DNA of 42,734 nucleotides from contig NC_068996.1 of the NCBI RefSeq assembly GCF_001194135.2, positions 17,079,986-17,122,719 of the forward strand, given 5' to 3'. A model generated the notes under the pieces. It did no database searches. It was not told where the DNA came from and saw nothing but the letters and a program-made list of their open reading frames with translations. A program made the translations under genes and the position numbers. This document shows, piece after piece, positions 22,768 to 34,599 of this stretch; position 1 is the stretch's first letter; every line of letters begins with the position of its first letter. The DNA comes from Octopus bimaculoides (Eukaryota).

Positions 22768-23390
22768 ATATACTAGATCAATCTTAAACACCAAAAAGCT
22801 CATAAAAATTGAAGGTTTCATAGGTTCATCATAATAAAGCAATTTGTGGAGAAGCTTTAAAACACTTGGCACATAATATACACTACTCTTGCTGTTAGGT
22901 TAATCTGACAGTGTGTATGGTGTCTAACATTGCTATTTTCTCTTTGTTGCGTCTGTGTGTGAGTCTAGCTATGTATCTGCCTAGCTATGTTTCTTTTTTC
23001 AATCATTGCTAAAGCACTCATTAAGATAATAGGCAATGTTTCTGCTTCTGTGCTGCAAATTATGGTTTTCCTATTTCTTGATCTTTAAACTTATTCCAGT
23101 CCTCAAGTTTAACATCACCACTGCTACCACTACCACCACCACCACCACCACCTTAGTACCTTGGATTGTCTTTAGCAGAGTCACTCTGTTACAAGCGTCC
23201 AGGTCTCCAGTTTGAGGATACCTTCTTCTCTCCCTCCAATTGTGGAGGTTCAGAAAGGAGTCATGGACACAACGTTAATGCTTGACTAAAAGAGAAAAAA
23301 AACTGACAAAGGAAAAGGTCAGCGTTTCTTTGAGAAATAGATTATTTTCTGCTGGGACTAATTATAATTACCATTATTAGGATTGCCACA

Positions 23391-23705
23391 AAGGCAGTGA
23401 GCTGGTACAAACATCAGCATGCTTTACATTCAGAGCTCACATTGTACTGATGTTGACTTGGCCTTTCATCTTTTTGGGATGGATGAAATAAGTACCAGTT
23501 GAGTTCTGGGGTCAATGAAATCAATTAATCCCTTTTCCCTTAAAATACTTGACCTTGTACCAAAATTTGGTACCATTATGAGAATTGGAATAATTGTTAG
23601 GGTATCAAACTTTTGTTTAGTTATGGCAATTTATGTTCTGAGTTCAAAGTTCCACTGTGGCACACTTTGTTCTTCAACCTTCTCAGGATTAAATAAGTAC
23701 TAGTT
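23391..23705 (+). mobile_element. Two decayed SINE family B copies
   Basis: AAGGCAGTGAGCTGG head, GCCTTTCATC, AAATAAGTACCAGTTG; second core at about 23620-23705. Confidence 0.65.
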
Positions 23706-23750
23706 AAAATATATATGTGTACACACACACACACACACACACTTATGCAT

Positions 23751-23784
<34 letters not shown>

Positions 23785-23796
23785 AAAAGAGTAAAA

Positions 23797-25125
23797 GATG
23801 GCTACACCAGACTCCAATCTGATCTGGCAGAGTTTCTACAGCTGGATGCCCTTCCTAACGCCAACCACTCCGTGAGTGTAGTGGGTGCTTTTTACGTGCC
23901 ACTGGCATGAGGGCCAGTCCAGCGGTACTGGCAACGACCACGCTCAAATGGTGTTTTTTTATGTGCCACTTGCACAGGAGTCAGTCCAATGTTTTGTTCA
24001 CATGCCACTGGCACGAGTGCCAGTAAGGCGAAACTTGAAATGATCGCGCTCAAATGGTACTTTTTACGTGCCACCAGCATGTAAGTGAGACTACTGCTCT
24101 GGCAGTGATCCCGCTCGGATGGTACTGTTAGCGTTCCACTGGCACAGGTACCAGTCATCGAATTTGGTTCAGTTTCAATTTCACTTGCCCTAACAGGTCT
24201 TCGCAAGCTGAGTTTAGTGTCCAATGAAGGAAAGGTATGCATAAGTGGGCTGGCTACACCCCTGCTAAAGGCCACGGGTTATGGTCTCACTTGTCTTGCC
24301 AGGTCTTCTCACACACAGCATANNNNNNNNNNAATGTTCGAAGGTCGTACTTCACCACCTCATCCCAGGTCTTCCTGGGCCTGCCTCTTCCACAGGTTTC
24401 CTCAACTGCTAGGGTGTGGCACTTTTTCACACAGCTATCCTCATCCATTCTTGCCAAATGACTATACCAGTGCAATCATCTCTCTTGCACACCACAACTG
24501 ATGCTTCTTAGGTCCAACTTTTCTCTCAAGGTACTTACACTTTGTCGAGTATGCACACTGACATTACACCTCCATTGGGGCATACTGGCTTCATTCCTTG
24601 TGAGCTTGCGCATGTCTTCAGCAGTCACGGCCCATGTTTCACTGCCATGTAGCATGGCTGTTCGTACACATGCGTCATACAGTTTGCCTTTTACTCTGAG
24701 CGAGAGGCCCTTTGTCACCTTTGATACCTCTGTAATTGTTTGTGTCTAAAGCGTCACATTTACCTTTGTAGCAGTTGACTATGGTGCTGCTACACCAGTC
24801 ATTGGGTATGACTCCTTTGTGTATCACCTGGTTAACTACATGGGTGACTAGGCTATAGCCGACACTGCCAGATATTTTGAGCATTTCTGCAGTGATTCCT
24901 GATGGGCTGGGGGGCTTTCCCTGTCTTCATACTCTTGATCGCTTTATCTACCAAGGTACTGTCAATTAGGATAGCTGGTCCCTCTGTTGGGTTGACATTC
25001 GGCAAACTCTCTTTCTTCCATTCATTCTCTTTATTAAGCAACCTTTCATAGTGGTGTCTCCAAACCTCTCTCTTTGCAGTCTCGTTTAGTGCAAGTGAGC
25101 CATCATCCATGCGGACACATTTCTC
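23797..25125 (-). mobile_element. RTE-clade LINE, 5' truncated, RT core deleted
   Basis: DKAIKSMKTGKAP, IPNDWCSSTIVNCYKGK..DTNNYRGIK joined at 24720/24721 directly to KGLSLRVKGKLYDACVRTAMLHGSETW, then WYSHLARM..GRGRPRKTW and the 3'UTR. Confidence 0.92.
24323..24332. other. Assembly gap
   Basis: 10 N. Confidence 1.
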
Positions 25126-25298
25126 TCATATATATATACACATACATAAAGAAAAACGACAAAAAACAACAAAAAGCAACAACGCGAGGATGTGATACAG
25201 ATTGTGTTACTGGACGCTCGGGAAAGGAAAGAAAGAGACAGACATACATGTATACATACCTATCGGTCTGTATACCCACTTTTAGATATTGTTATATA

Positions 25299-25338
<40 letters not shown>

Positions 25339-26438
25339 TATACACACATACATATACACATGCTTGCACACATATATAAACCTACAGTTTTATGTGTGTT
25401 CATGTACACGTTCACACAGACACACAAAGCATTAATTATATTCAATGTTGTTCAACAAGTTGATAAAATATTTTTGTAAAAATCCCACGGCATAGTCTGT
25501 GTTTTTCAGTAACTACATCCCTGTTATATATTTCCTTCAGCTTGTTAAACCACTGGCAGCATTGTACATATTTGGAGACAGTTATGTGACTGAGTAATCG
25601 CAACAATAAAAGGACATTTATTCAGATTGCTGTTGACAATATTATGATTAATGATGTTTCCAGTGCTAAAGTTTGGTGTTGTGTGTGAAAACAGGCAGTC
25701 TCTGAGAAATAGTTATTGTGGTGAAATACTTATTAATCACACACATATGTGTCACTCACTTTCTGTGTAATCAGAGAAGCCAAAAATTAAAGTTATCATC
25801 TTGGCTAATATGAATATATTTAAATAATGAATGCCTATATATCCATTTTCAGCCTGTAATAATTAGATAACCATTAAGGTAATTTACTTTATCCTCTGTG
25901 CCTTCTGTTAGAATTTACAACAGCTGCCACTCAGCTGGAAATAACAAGTTAATCAGAGCAATGATATATTAAGATATAATAAGAGTTAATTAGCTAAGGT
26001 AAGTAGATAAAATTATACAGTGAAAAAAATACGATACTAACTTAAGGACTAAAAGGGGTGCTGGCATAATTGTGGTGTTTCTTAACATTGTTGGTGCTGG
26101 GCTTAATTTCTTCTGGAAAAAGGATTTTTGGCAAGTGCCTTTTTATTATGTCACTGGAGTGACCAAGTGTTTGTGAGTGAGATATGGGAGATAGAAACAG
26201 TGTAGACTCAATAACGTGTGTGTGTGTGTGTGAGCATGCACGAATGTCTCTGTATATACAGAATCTTAGGCTAAATTTCCCTCTAAGTTTGCATAGAAGG
26301 AAAAGAAAACACAATATTCCATTCCATAATAAAATCACTTTTGAAAATAAATCAAAAAAATATCAACCAGATTATCACTGGGTGGTATCAGTTTACTTGT
26401 TATAGCTACCTTCAGCTCCCGATGATGATGATGATTAT

Positions 26439-26538
26439 NNNNNNNNNNNNNNNNNNNNNNNNNNNNNNNNNNNNNNNNNNNNNNNNNNNNNNNNNNNNNN
26501 NNNNNNNNNNNNNNNNNNNNNNNNNNNNNNNNNNNNNN
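26439..26538. other. Assembly gap
   Basis: 100 N. Confidence 1.
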
Positions 26539-26677
26539 AATATCGGTACCTTGTTGTACCATTCTTATGAATTTATATATATATACACATATAGATATAC
26601 ATACATATACATATATATACGCATATATACATATATATGCATATATATACGTATACATATATACATATATAAATATC

Positions 26678-26721
<44 letters not shown>

Positions 26722-26789
26722 TATGCACACACACACATTTACACACACATAAATATACATAAATAATACATAATGAAAGTAATTGTAAT

Positions 26790-27085
26790 TAAAACCATAT
26801 AATAGTGAAAGTATTCATAGAGATGTTACTCTTTGACTTTTGACACGTAATACGGAAACAGTGTAAGAGATAAGAGATCGCTCCGGGCTCGCATTAACCA
26901 AGAAGTTGAAAATGTTTTTGACCCATGACACTGTATGGACCCTAAATAAAGCATGTGTGAAATCTGAATGAAATCCGTTGGGTAGTTCTCGAGGTTTAAT
27001 GATGCACACATACAGACAGATAGACAGACAGACAGACAAATGGGCAGACAGACACACATTCTGAGTTTTATATATAGATATATAT
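26790..27085 (-). mobile_element. Non-autonomous Helitron/Helentron-type 5' end
   Basis: Minus begins TCTATATATAAAACTCAG, then (TCTG)n and CAACGGATTTCATTCAGATTTCACACATG, the layout typical of DINE-1/HINE-like elements. Confidence 0.55.
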
Positions 27086-27155
27086 AGATAACGGATTTCT
27101 ACCTCACAGAAATGACTGAAACAAGTAAAAGATAAAAGATGAGTGTGCGCGTGTA

Positions 27156-27217
<62 letters not shown>

Positions 27218-27238
27218 TGTGTGCGTGTGTGTGTGTGT

Positions 27239-27905
27239 NNNNNNNNNNNNNNNNNNNNNNNNNNNNNNNNNNNNNNNNNNNNNNNNNNNNNNNNNNNNNN
27301 NNNNNNNNNNNNNNNNNNNNNNNNNNNNNNNNNNNNNNNNNNNNNNNNNNNNNNNNNNNNNNNNNNNNNNNNNNNNNNNNNNNNNNNNNNNNNNNNNNNN
27401 NNNNNNNNNNNNNNNNNNNNNNNNNNNNNNNNNNNNNNNNNNNNNNNNNNNNNNNNNNNNNNNNNNNNNNNNNNNNNNNNNNNNNNNNNNNNNNNNNNNN
27501 NNNNNNNNNNNNNNNNNNNNNNNNNNNNNNNNNNNNNNNNNNNNNNNNNNNNNNNNNNNNNNNNNNNNNNNNNNNNNNNNNNNNNNNNNNNNNNNNNNNN
27601 NNNNNNNNNNNNNNNNNNNNNNNNNNNNNNNNNNNNNNNNNNNNNNNNNNNNNNNNNNNNNNNNNNNNNNNNNNNNNNNNNNNNNNNNNNNNNNNNNNNN
27701 NNNNNNNNNNNNNNNNNNNNNNNNNNNNNNNNNNNNNNNNNNNNNNNNNNNNNNNNNNNNNNNNNNNNNNNNNNNNNNNNNNNNNNNNNNNNNNNNNNNN
27801 NNNNNNNNNNNNNNNNNNNNNNNNNNNNNNNNNNNNNNNNNNNNNNNNNNNNNNNNNNNNNNNNNNNNNNNNNNNNNNNNNNNNNNNNNNNNNNNNNNNN
27901 NNNNN
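27239..27905. other. Assembly gap
   Basis: Run of N next to (TG)n. Confidence 1.
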
Positions 27906-28048
27906 CATATATATATATGTACGACGGGCTTCTTTCAGTTTCCGTCTACCAGATCCACTTACAAGACTTTGGTCGCCACGAAGTGGGACTGAACCCGGAA
28001 CCATGTGGTTGATAAGCAAGCTACTTACCACACAGCCACTCCTGCGCC
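27906..28048 (-). mobile_element. SINE family A 5' part with internal deletion
   Basis: GTGGGACTGAACCCGGAACCATGTGGTTG..GCTACTTACCACACAGCC. Confidence 0.85.
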
Positions 28049-28060
28049 TCCTTAATCAAA

Positions 28061-28127
28061 TTATAAACAACCTTAATCAATTTTCGAATCGCCAATAGAT
28101 TCGAAAATTGATTAAGGTTGTTTATAA
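28061..28127. repeat. Perfect 30-bp inverted repeat with 7-nt loop
   Basis: TTATAAACAACCTTAATCAATTTTCGAATC-GCCAATA-GATTCGAAAATTGATTAAGGTTGTTTATAA. Confidence 0.97.
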
Positions 28128-28151
28128 CGGATTTCTGCGTCCTTATCCTTT

Positions 28152-31105
28152 TGTAGTGAATCTTGCAAGCATGAAGTGGATTTGATCCACCATAGCCAAA
28201 TTTAAATTAACAGTTCAGCAGAATTTTTCTCACGGTGGAACAATGGTTTTTTTCAGTGACAGCAGTTTTACATTTGCCAGATTGCCTTTAGCTAGGCCGA
28301 AATTATGTCTTCACCACTTGGCCCTTATAACCTCTTCTACATCACCAAAAGCTAGAACCAACCGTTACAACTGGCGACCCCGAGCGAAAGTATCGATGCC
28401 GTCTGAAACTGCATTACCAACAGTCACAACTGTCGACCCCGTGAAAAAGAATTGCTGCCTTCTGAAGCTATATTACCAACAAATTGGTAACCCCGTGTAA
28501 AGAGAATTGATACCTTCCGATGCTACATGCCGCTGCATTTTGCTGATTCGAACTAGAATATCAACAGTCGCTAAACCAAAGAAAAAGAATTGCAACCTTC
28601 GTCACCACTAAGATGCACCCTCCATAGACCTGCTACAAAAAGCTCTATACTGCGATCGACGCTACAATGCACTTCACAACAATACAACACTACACAAGGA
28701 ATTTGCGGACCATGGAAGCCAATAAATGCATCATTTCGACAGCTACGTGCCCAGAAACTAACTGGAAGAAAATATAGCAGCACACACGTACAACGTTTTC
28801 ACAGCACACTCGAACAAGAAGCAGGTGAAGAGTCCGCTGGCCGGCGAAATACATACAAATTTTCTATTTCAAAAATATTCCAGGTGAGTGATTTACAGGC
28901 ACCAATGCCTCAAATTCTATACGAACAGCTTTACACCTTATCTATTTATATTTTTCTTTCCACTGAACTTCACAAAGACCATACCTGTAACACTTACATT
29001 GCATTAATTCAATTTTCTGTTTCTCATATTAAATTATAATTGATTCTGCTTGCATTCTAACAGACTCAAATGAACTGAACATTTTATTCATGAACTGAAC
29101 ATTTTATTCCTGAACTGAACATTTTATTCATGAACTGAACATTTATTCATAACTTGAATTTTTGTTTGCATGCCTTCCCAATTTTATTCATATTTTGTAC
29201 TTCTACTTTCTTTCAATCGCACTGTCGCACTATGCGTTTTGCATGTACATTTTTTTTTCTCGTTCACTTTGAAAATGTATGGTTGCATATACACACGCAT
29301 GCACCTTTCCTCAACACTTGGCCTTGCGCACGCATCTGCACACATTGTTGCACATACACATGCTAACTCTGTCTCATTCATGCACCACACATGCCTTTCC
29401 CGCTTATTTTTCATGTTCAATGCGCCATTGTACACACGACTCATCTCTGTAAGACCCTAGGTCGGTCACGCATACATAGAGAAAGTTGTTTGTCCCATGC
29501 GCCAGCATGCTACACTTTTGTTCTTGCACGATCGAGGCATATAATACCTTATGCACCGGCTGGCAGCCTCAGCCTTATTGCATTAATCACTGGCATATTC
29601 AATACTGCACACTGATTTGTAATCAATGCACTAGCATTAGCCTCAGCCTTGCAAGCCCTGTTGCACTCATGCACATGCACCTCTGTTTTGCATATCTACC
29701 TCATTGCTTTGCAACACGCCTGCATCAGCTCAATTCTAATCCCGACTCAAAGCACGTCGGATGTTCACATGCTCTGCGCTCAGGTTTAGACATAATTTCC
29801 CTCCGTTAGACCCTTGTTTGGTCACGTAATTAACAGAGAAAATGATCTGTCTCGCGCATCACTTCAGCACGCTTACACTGTCGTCCTTGCTAACTCAGCA
29901 ATTAACCACGACAACAGCACCAGACGCATTTCACTTCGAGCATTTCACCTTCAAGGCATTTCACACACTGCAACCCTGCAGGAAGATCTTTTATATCATG
30001 GATTGAGAATATACTTACACGCTCGCCCGAGCTTATTTTACAGTAAATCCTGATGAGTGCACCTGCACTCCTGTATACGCCCACACGCGCAAAAACGCGC
30101 TCCTACCTAGTCACTGACTGCACGTATTTTGGCACTCAAAGCGACACCGCTATTCGAACTAATCCGAATAGAAAACTGTCCCGTATACACTTCAACGATC
30201 CTCTCTCTTGATATGCAAAATTTCTCTTCAACCATGCATCTCTTTCTCTCCTTCGATCGTTCGTTTCCTTTCCTGGAACCTCACTGGCGAGGGGAGTGAT
30301 GTAGTGAATCTTGCAAGCATGAAGTGGATTCGATCCACGATAGCCAAATTTAAATTAACAGTTCAACAGAACTTTCCTCACGGTAGAACAACGGTTTTTT
30401 TCTGTGACAGCAGTTTTACATTTGCCAGATTGCCTTTAGCTAGGCCGAAATAATGTCTTCACCACTTCACCCTTATAACCTCTTCTACTTTATCAAAAGC
30501 TAGAATAGAGATATCACAGTACCACCAACGAATACTATTGTTCTCAATATGTCTATCCTTTTTGATAGTTATAAAAACAAGAACCCGCAAGCAAAAGACA
30601 GTTAGTCACTTTGGTGACAACTCAGTGAGAACGAAGTCTGGCTGACCAGCTAGAACCTTGATCCGAGGGAGAAATGAAGTTTACTGTCAACAACTGTGAG
30701 ACAACGTCCCACAACTCTACAACTCTCACTAGCTCTAATTCTGTTCTCTTACAACATCATTCCATCTCTCTCTGTAATTACTACTAAACAGTGAAGAGGA
30801 TATAAACTTTACTTCGCATGCTTTCGGATCTATCATAACCTGCCCTTCGAGGCAAGGTATTGTAACGTAACGGTAAATAAATATTTCCCTAAAACTTGAT
30901 GCATTGTTCATCTTTCACATCCTGCAACTTGTCGTTGTAACAACAAATTTTTATCGTTACAACTGCTGACTCCGACATTTCATATTATTGTGTACCTAAT
31001 CAATCTTACCCGTTACAATTGGTAGCTGCACTGATTAATCCCATCCATTACAATTGGTGGCTCCGAACAAGAGAATTGCAGCCTTTCCAAGAACTAACCG
31101 TTACA
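28152..31105 (+). mobile_element. Defective Gypsy LTR retrotransposon (CsRn1-like)
   Basis: ~205-bp direct repeats starting TGTAGTG at 28152 and 30300; Trp-type PBS TGGCGACCCCGA at 28372 after GTTACA; polypurine tract GGCGAGGGGAGTGA just before 30300; AATAAA in the 3' LTR; only faint gag/integrase traces internally; no TSD. Confidence 0.75.
29071..29149. repeat. 20-bp minisatellite, 4 copies
   Basis: TGAACTGAACATTTTATTCA repeated. Confidence 0.95.
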
Positions 31106-31153
31106 TATACATATACACACATATATATGTATGTATGCATGTATATATAATAT

Positions 31154-31198
<45 letters not shown>

Positions 31199-31448
31199 TA
31201 TAAACCAAGAATATGGAATGAATAGGTTTCAATCACAAATCACAAGAATTGTTTCTGTACATTGAGAAGAGCTGTTTGTTGCTGAGTTTTCAATATCATA
31301 CTATTACATAAAATATTATATCAATGATTATATAAATATGACCCAGTAATATCTGTGTACCAGCATATTATCAGGTGAGTGGCTTTGATAGCACTGTTGT
31401 ACAGTAATCATCTGGTAATCTAAAGCGACTCAACCCACGCAATATATA

Positions 31449-33047
31449 TTGGGTTGGTCAAAATGTCCGTTCGGTTTTTGAAGTGAAAGTAAGATAAAAA
31501 TTTTAAACATAAGGGGAATTTATTCAATCAATGATATAATTACCGTTTCGTTCCAGTATATTCTGCCACCTTGTGGACAGATCCATTATTCCTCACTCAA
31601 ATGAATTTCCAGTCTTTACTGGTGAAAAACTCTTCCAAATGTACTTTTACATCCTCTTCAGCGCTAAAGGTGAAATGTGAAAGCACAAGATCGGGCAGAT
31701 ATGAAAGCTCCGGCAAAACTCCTCAGTCAAGCCCCATTAACTTCTATCACGCGTGTAAAGAAGTGCGCGGTCTAGCGTTGTCGTAATAAAAGACAAAGTA
31801 CTTACGATTAACAAGTGCTGGACGCTTCTGGTGGATCGCTGCGTTTGATTTGTCCAGCTGGTCGTAATACACATGCGAATTGATGGTCCTATCAGTGGGA
31901 AGATAATCATAAAACACATTTGATTTTTTTTGTTGGCACTCCGTCGCTTACGACATCGAGGGTTCCAGTTGATCCGATCAACGGAACAGCCTGCTCATGA
32001 AATTAACGTGCAAATGGCTGAGCACTCCACAGACACGTGTACCCTTAACGTAATTCTCGGGGAGATTCAGCGTGACACAGTGTGACAAGGCTGACCCTTT
32101 GAATTACAGGCACAACAGAAACAGGAAGAAAGAGTGAGAGAAAGTTGTGGTGGAAGAGTACAGCAGGGTTCACCACCATCCCCTGCCGGAGCCTCGTGGA
32201 GCTTTAGGTGTTTTCGCTCAATAAACACTCACAACGCCCGGTCTGGGAATCGAAACCGCAATCCTATGACCACGAGTCCGCTGCCCTAACCACTGGGCCA
32301 TTGCGCCTCCACCATAAAACACAACACCTTCTCGATACCACCTAATTGACAGTGTAACCTTTGTGGGGGTTAAGTCCTGCTTTGGAAGCTGTCTGTGGTG
32401 GTTCGCTGCGCTCCCGCCAGGATTGTTCGCACTTTGTCACAAGTCACCACTTTCTTCATAAAAAAAAAAAAAAAAAGATCGTCTTCTTTACGTTTTTACA
32501 GATGGAAATTCATTGCGCAAGGTTAACCTCATTCAATTGACGTGGGATCCAAACTTCGAGCCTACTGACATAACAAGTTGATGCAGATAGCTGTTAACTC
32601 TTGATATTTGGAGAATATATGCAACCATCCTGTTCCTATAATGGGGGTTGGTATCGATTAACTCTTTCATTTTGTCGATATGAAACTCAGTAGATTGGCC
32701 AGAGCAAGAGGCATCGAAATCTAGCTAACCACTTCCGTAACAGCATCCTTTCCTTATATATGCACATCCCCATTGCAGGTTTCCGCCGCTTTCTTGTACT
32801 TTTTTTTTTTTATTAAGAAAATAAAAAGAACATGAAATATGGTTGATATTAGTGTTGGTTCTTCATTTCAGAATAATCCCAAGCACACAAAACACAATAT
32901 GTCGCGTCCTAATTTCGCGTCGAACTATTTTGAAAGTGCCAAGCATCTAACGATACATGCGCAAAGGAGAGACTAAAGTTAGCTACTTATCAGAGTGCTT
33001 AGAGTATAGCGTCGATAAAAACCGAATGGACCTTTTGGCCAACTCAA
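31449..33047 (-). mobile_element. Mariner DNA transposon, decayed, second family
   Basis: TIRs TTGGGTTGGTCAAAATGTCCGTTCGGTTTTT / AAAAACCGAATGGACCTTTTGGCCAACTCAA, TA flanks; minus translation RKWLARF, RLEVWIPRQL, EGVVFYDYLP..TINSHVYYDQLD..KRPALVNRKYFVFYYDNARP. Confidence 0.92.
31919..32312 (-). mobile_element. SINE family D inserted in the mariner ORF
   Basis: TSD CATAAAACACA at 31908-31918 and 32313-32323; removing it restores EGVVFYDYLP. Confidence 0.95.
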
Positions 33048-33458
33048 TACGCTACATGATTAATACCTAATAAAATAACACAAGTCACATTATACACACC
33101 ACACATAACAGAATAAACAGAATAAAGCACAAGAAACATCGGTTATACACTCCACTCTCAGAGCTACCATCTTGGCTGAAACATAAAGAGGAGCAAAGGA
33201 AACGGCTAACTTATCCATTTGGTAGCTCCGGAGACCGAGTAACTCGGACTACGTGGAAATTAAAATCCCTTTTGGGAAGTTCTTTAGGAGCTTCACCTTA
33301 TGTTGGATCTTCGCACATCATTGGAGAAATTCTACCTCAATATATTATATGACCCCAAGCACAGCCTTATTAATTTCATTTTCTTTTTCTTTCTAGCCCT
33401 TTGAAAGTACTGGACCCAAAAACCTGTGTGTGTGTATAATGACTAACACATACATATC

Positions 33459-33927
33459 CACAATTCTCAACCGATTTTCACCAAACTTTACACATACATT
33501 ATTTATGTCCCAAGGACATAACATTTTGTCCATAGCTCCCGCGTTAATGGACGTAAATGGCTTTGTATGGAAGGTCTTCCATACTTAAATTTTTTTTTTA
33601 TAAAAGTGAAAGGATTTTGTCTATTTATTTCCACTGTCCTCCAGCGACGGTGATTAAACTGACTAGGAACACTGAACGCACACATTTCCATAATTTCCAA
33701 CCGATTTTCACCAAGCTTTACATACACATTACTTATGTCCCAAGGTTGGTCATGTACTAAACATTTGGCCCAGAGCTCCCACGTAAATGGACCTAAATGG
33801 ACATAGTTTTTTTGTATGTAGAGTCTTCCATACTGTCTTAATCTTTTTTATAAAAATGAAAGTATTTTGTCTATTTATTTCGACTGTCCGCCTGCCACGG
33901 TAATTAAATTGGCTAGGAACAGTGTAC
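33459..33927. repeat. Two tandem ~230-bp units, DINE-1/HINE-like core
   Basis: CAACCGATTTTCACCAA at 33468 and 33698; TTTTGTCTATTTATTTC and CTAGGAACA in both units. Confidence 0.85.
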
Positions 33928-34599
33928 ACGATGAATATCCAATACCAAACAATCTTAATCACCATATTTAAACCGCATTAAATGTTGGCAAGCTTACCTT
34001 TACCTATTCTGAGTTACTTGACAGGCGATGTTTCTTTCCCTCTTTTCTATTTGTCGATACCTTTGTTTACCTACCAATGCGTTGTTTCACTTTAAGGATG
34101 CTTATTTACCCATCCATTACGATATTTCGACTGTTGTCCATTGTTTCAAATATATTTTAGCATTGCCGTTCTAGCTTTTTTTAAACAACACATGATTCGT
34201 CTCAAAGAATCAACCTTTAAATAAGTGTTTTGCTTCCATTAGCGAAAGCTATACGTATCTTTCAGAAAGCTCCATACCAATTTGACTTTATGCAGGATTC
34301 GCTGTTAGTTTAAGCTCAGGCTATGTGGGAAGATAGAATTAAGAGGTTTTGTTAGCCTATCTCTCTGAAAAAACAGCTCCCTTTGCTATTGAAAAAAATA
34401 AACTTGCAGAGGAAAAGTTTCAACGTCTTCCTTCAGTTTCATTACACCATTTATGTGGCTGGTTCTGACAATTAATTTCGCTTTCATATAAAACAACAAT
34501 ATATTTTGTAGTCATTATCCCTAATCTACTCCCAAGACACTTCAGTAGCTCTACTTTGCATCGCTTGCAAACTTATGTCTTACGATCATTAAAGTGCAG

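Noticed and set aside
27088-28136. 13-bp direct repeat ATAACGGATTTCT at about 27088 and 28124 as a TSD
   Set aside because: The enclosed DNA is a mix of opposite-strand SINE parts and a gap, not one element, so the repeat is unexplained.
30955-31105. CRISPR-like repeat-spacer appearance
   Set aside because: Eukaryotic context, repeats only about 11 bp and degenerate, no cas genes; explained as LTR-end/PBS units.
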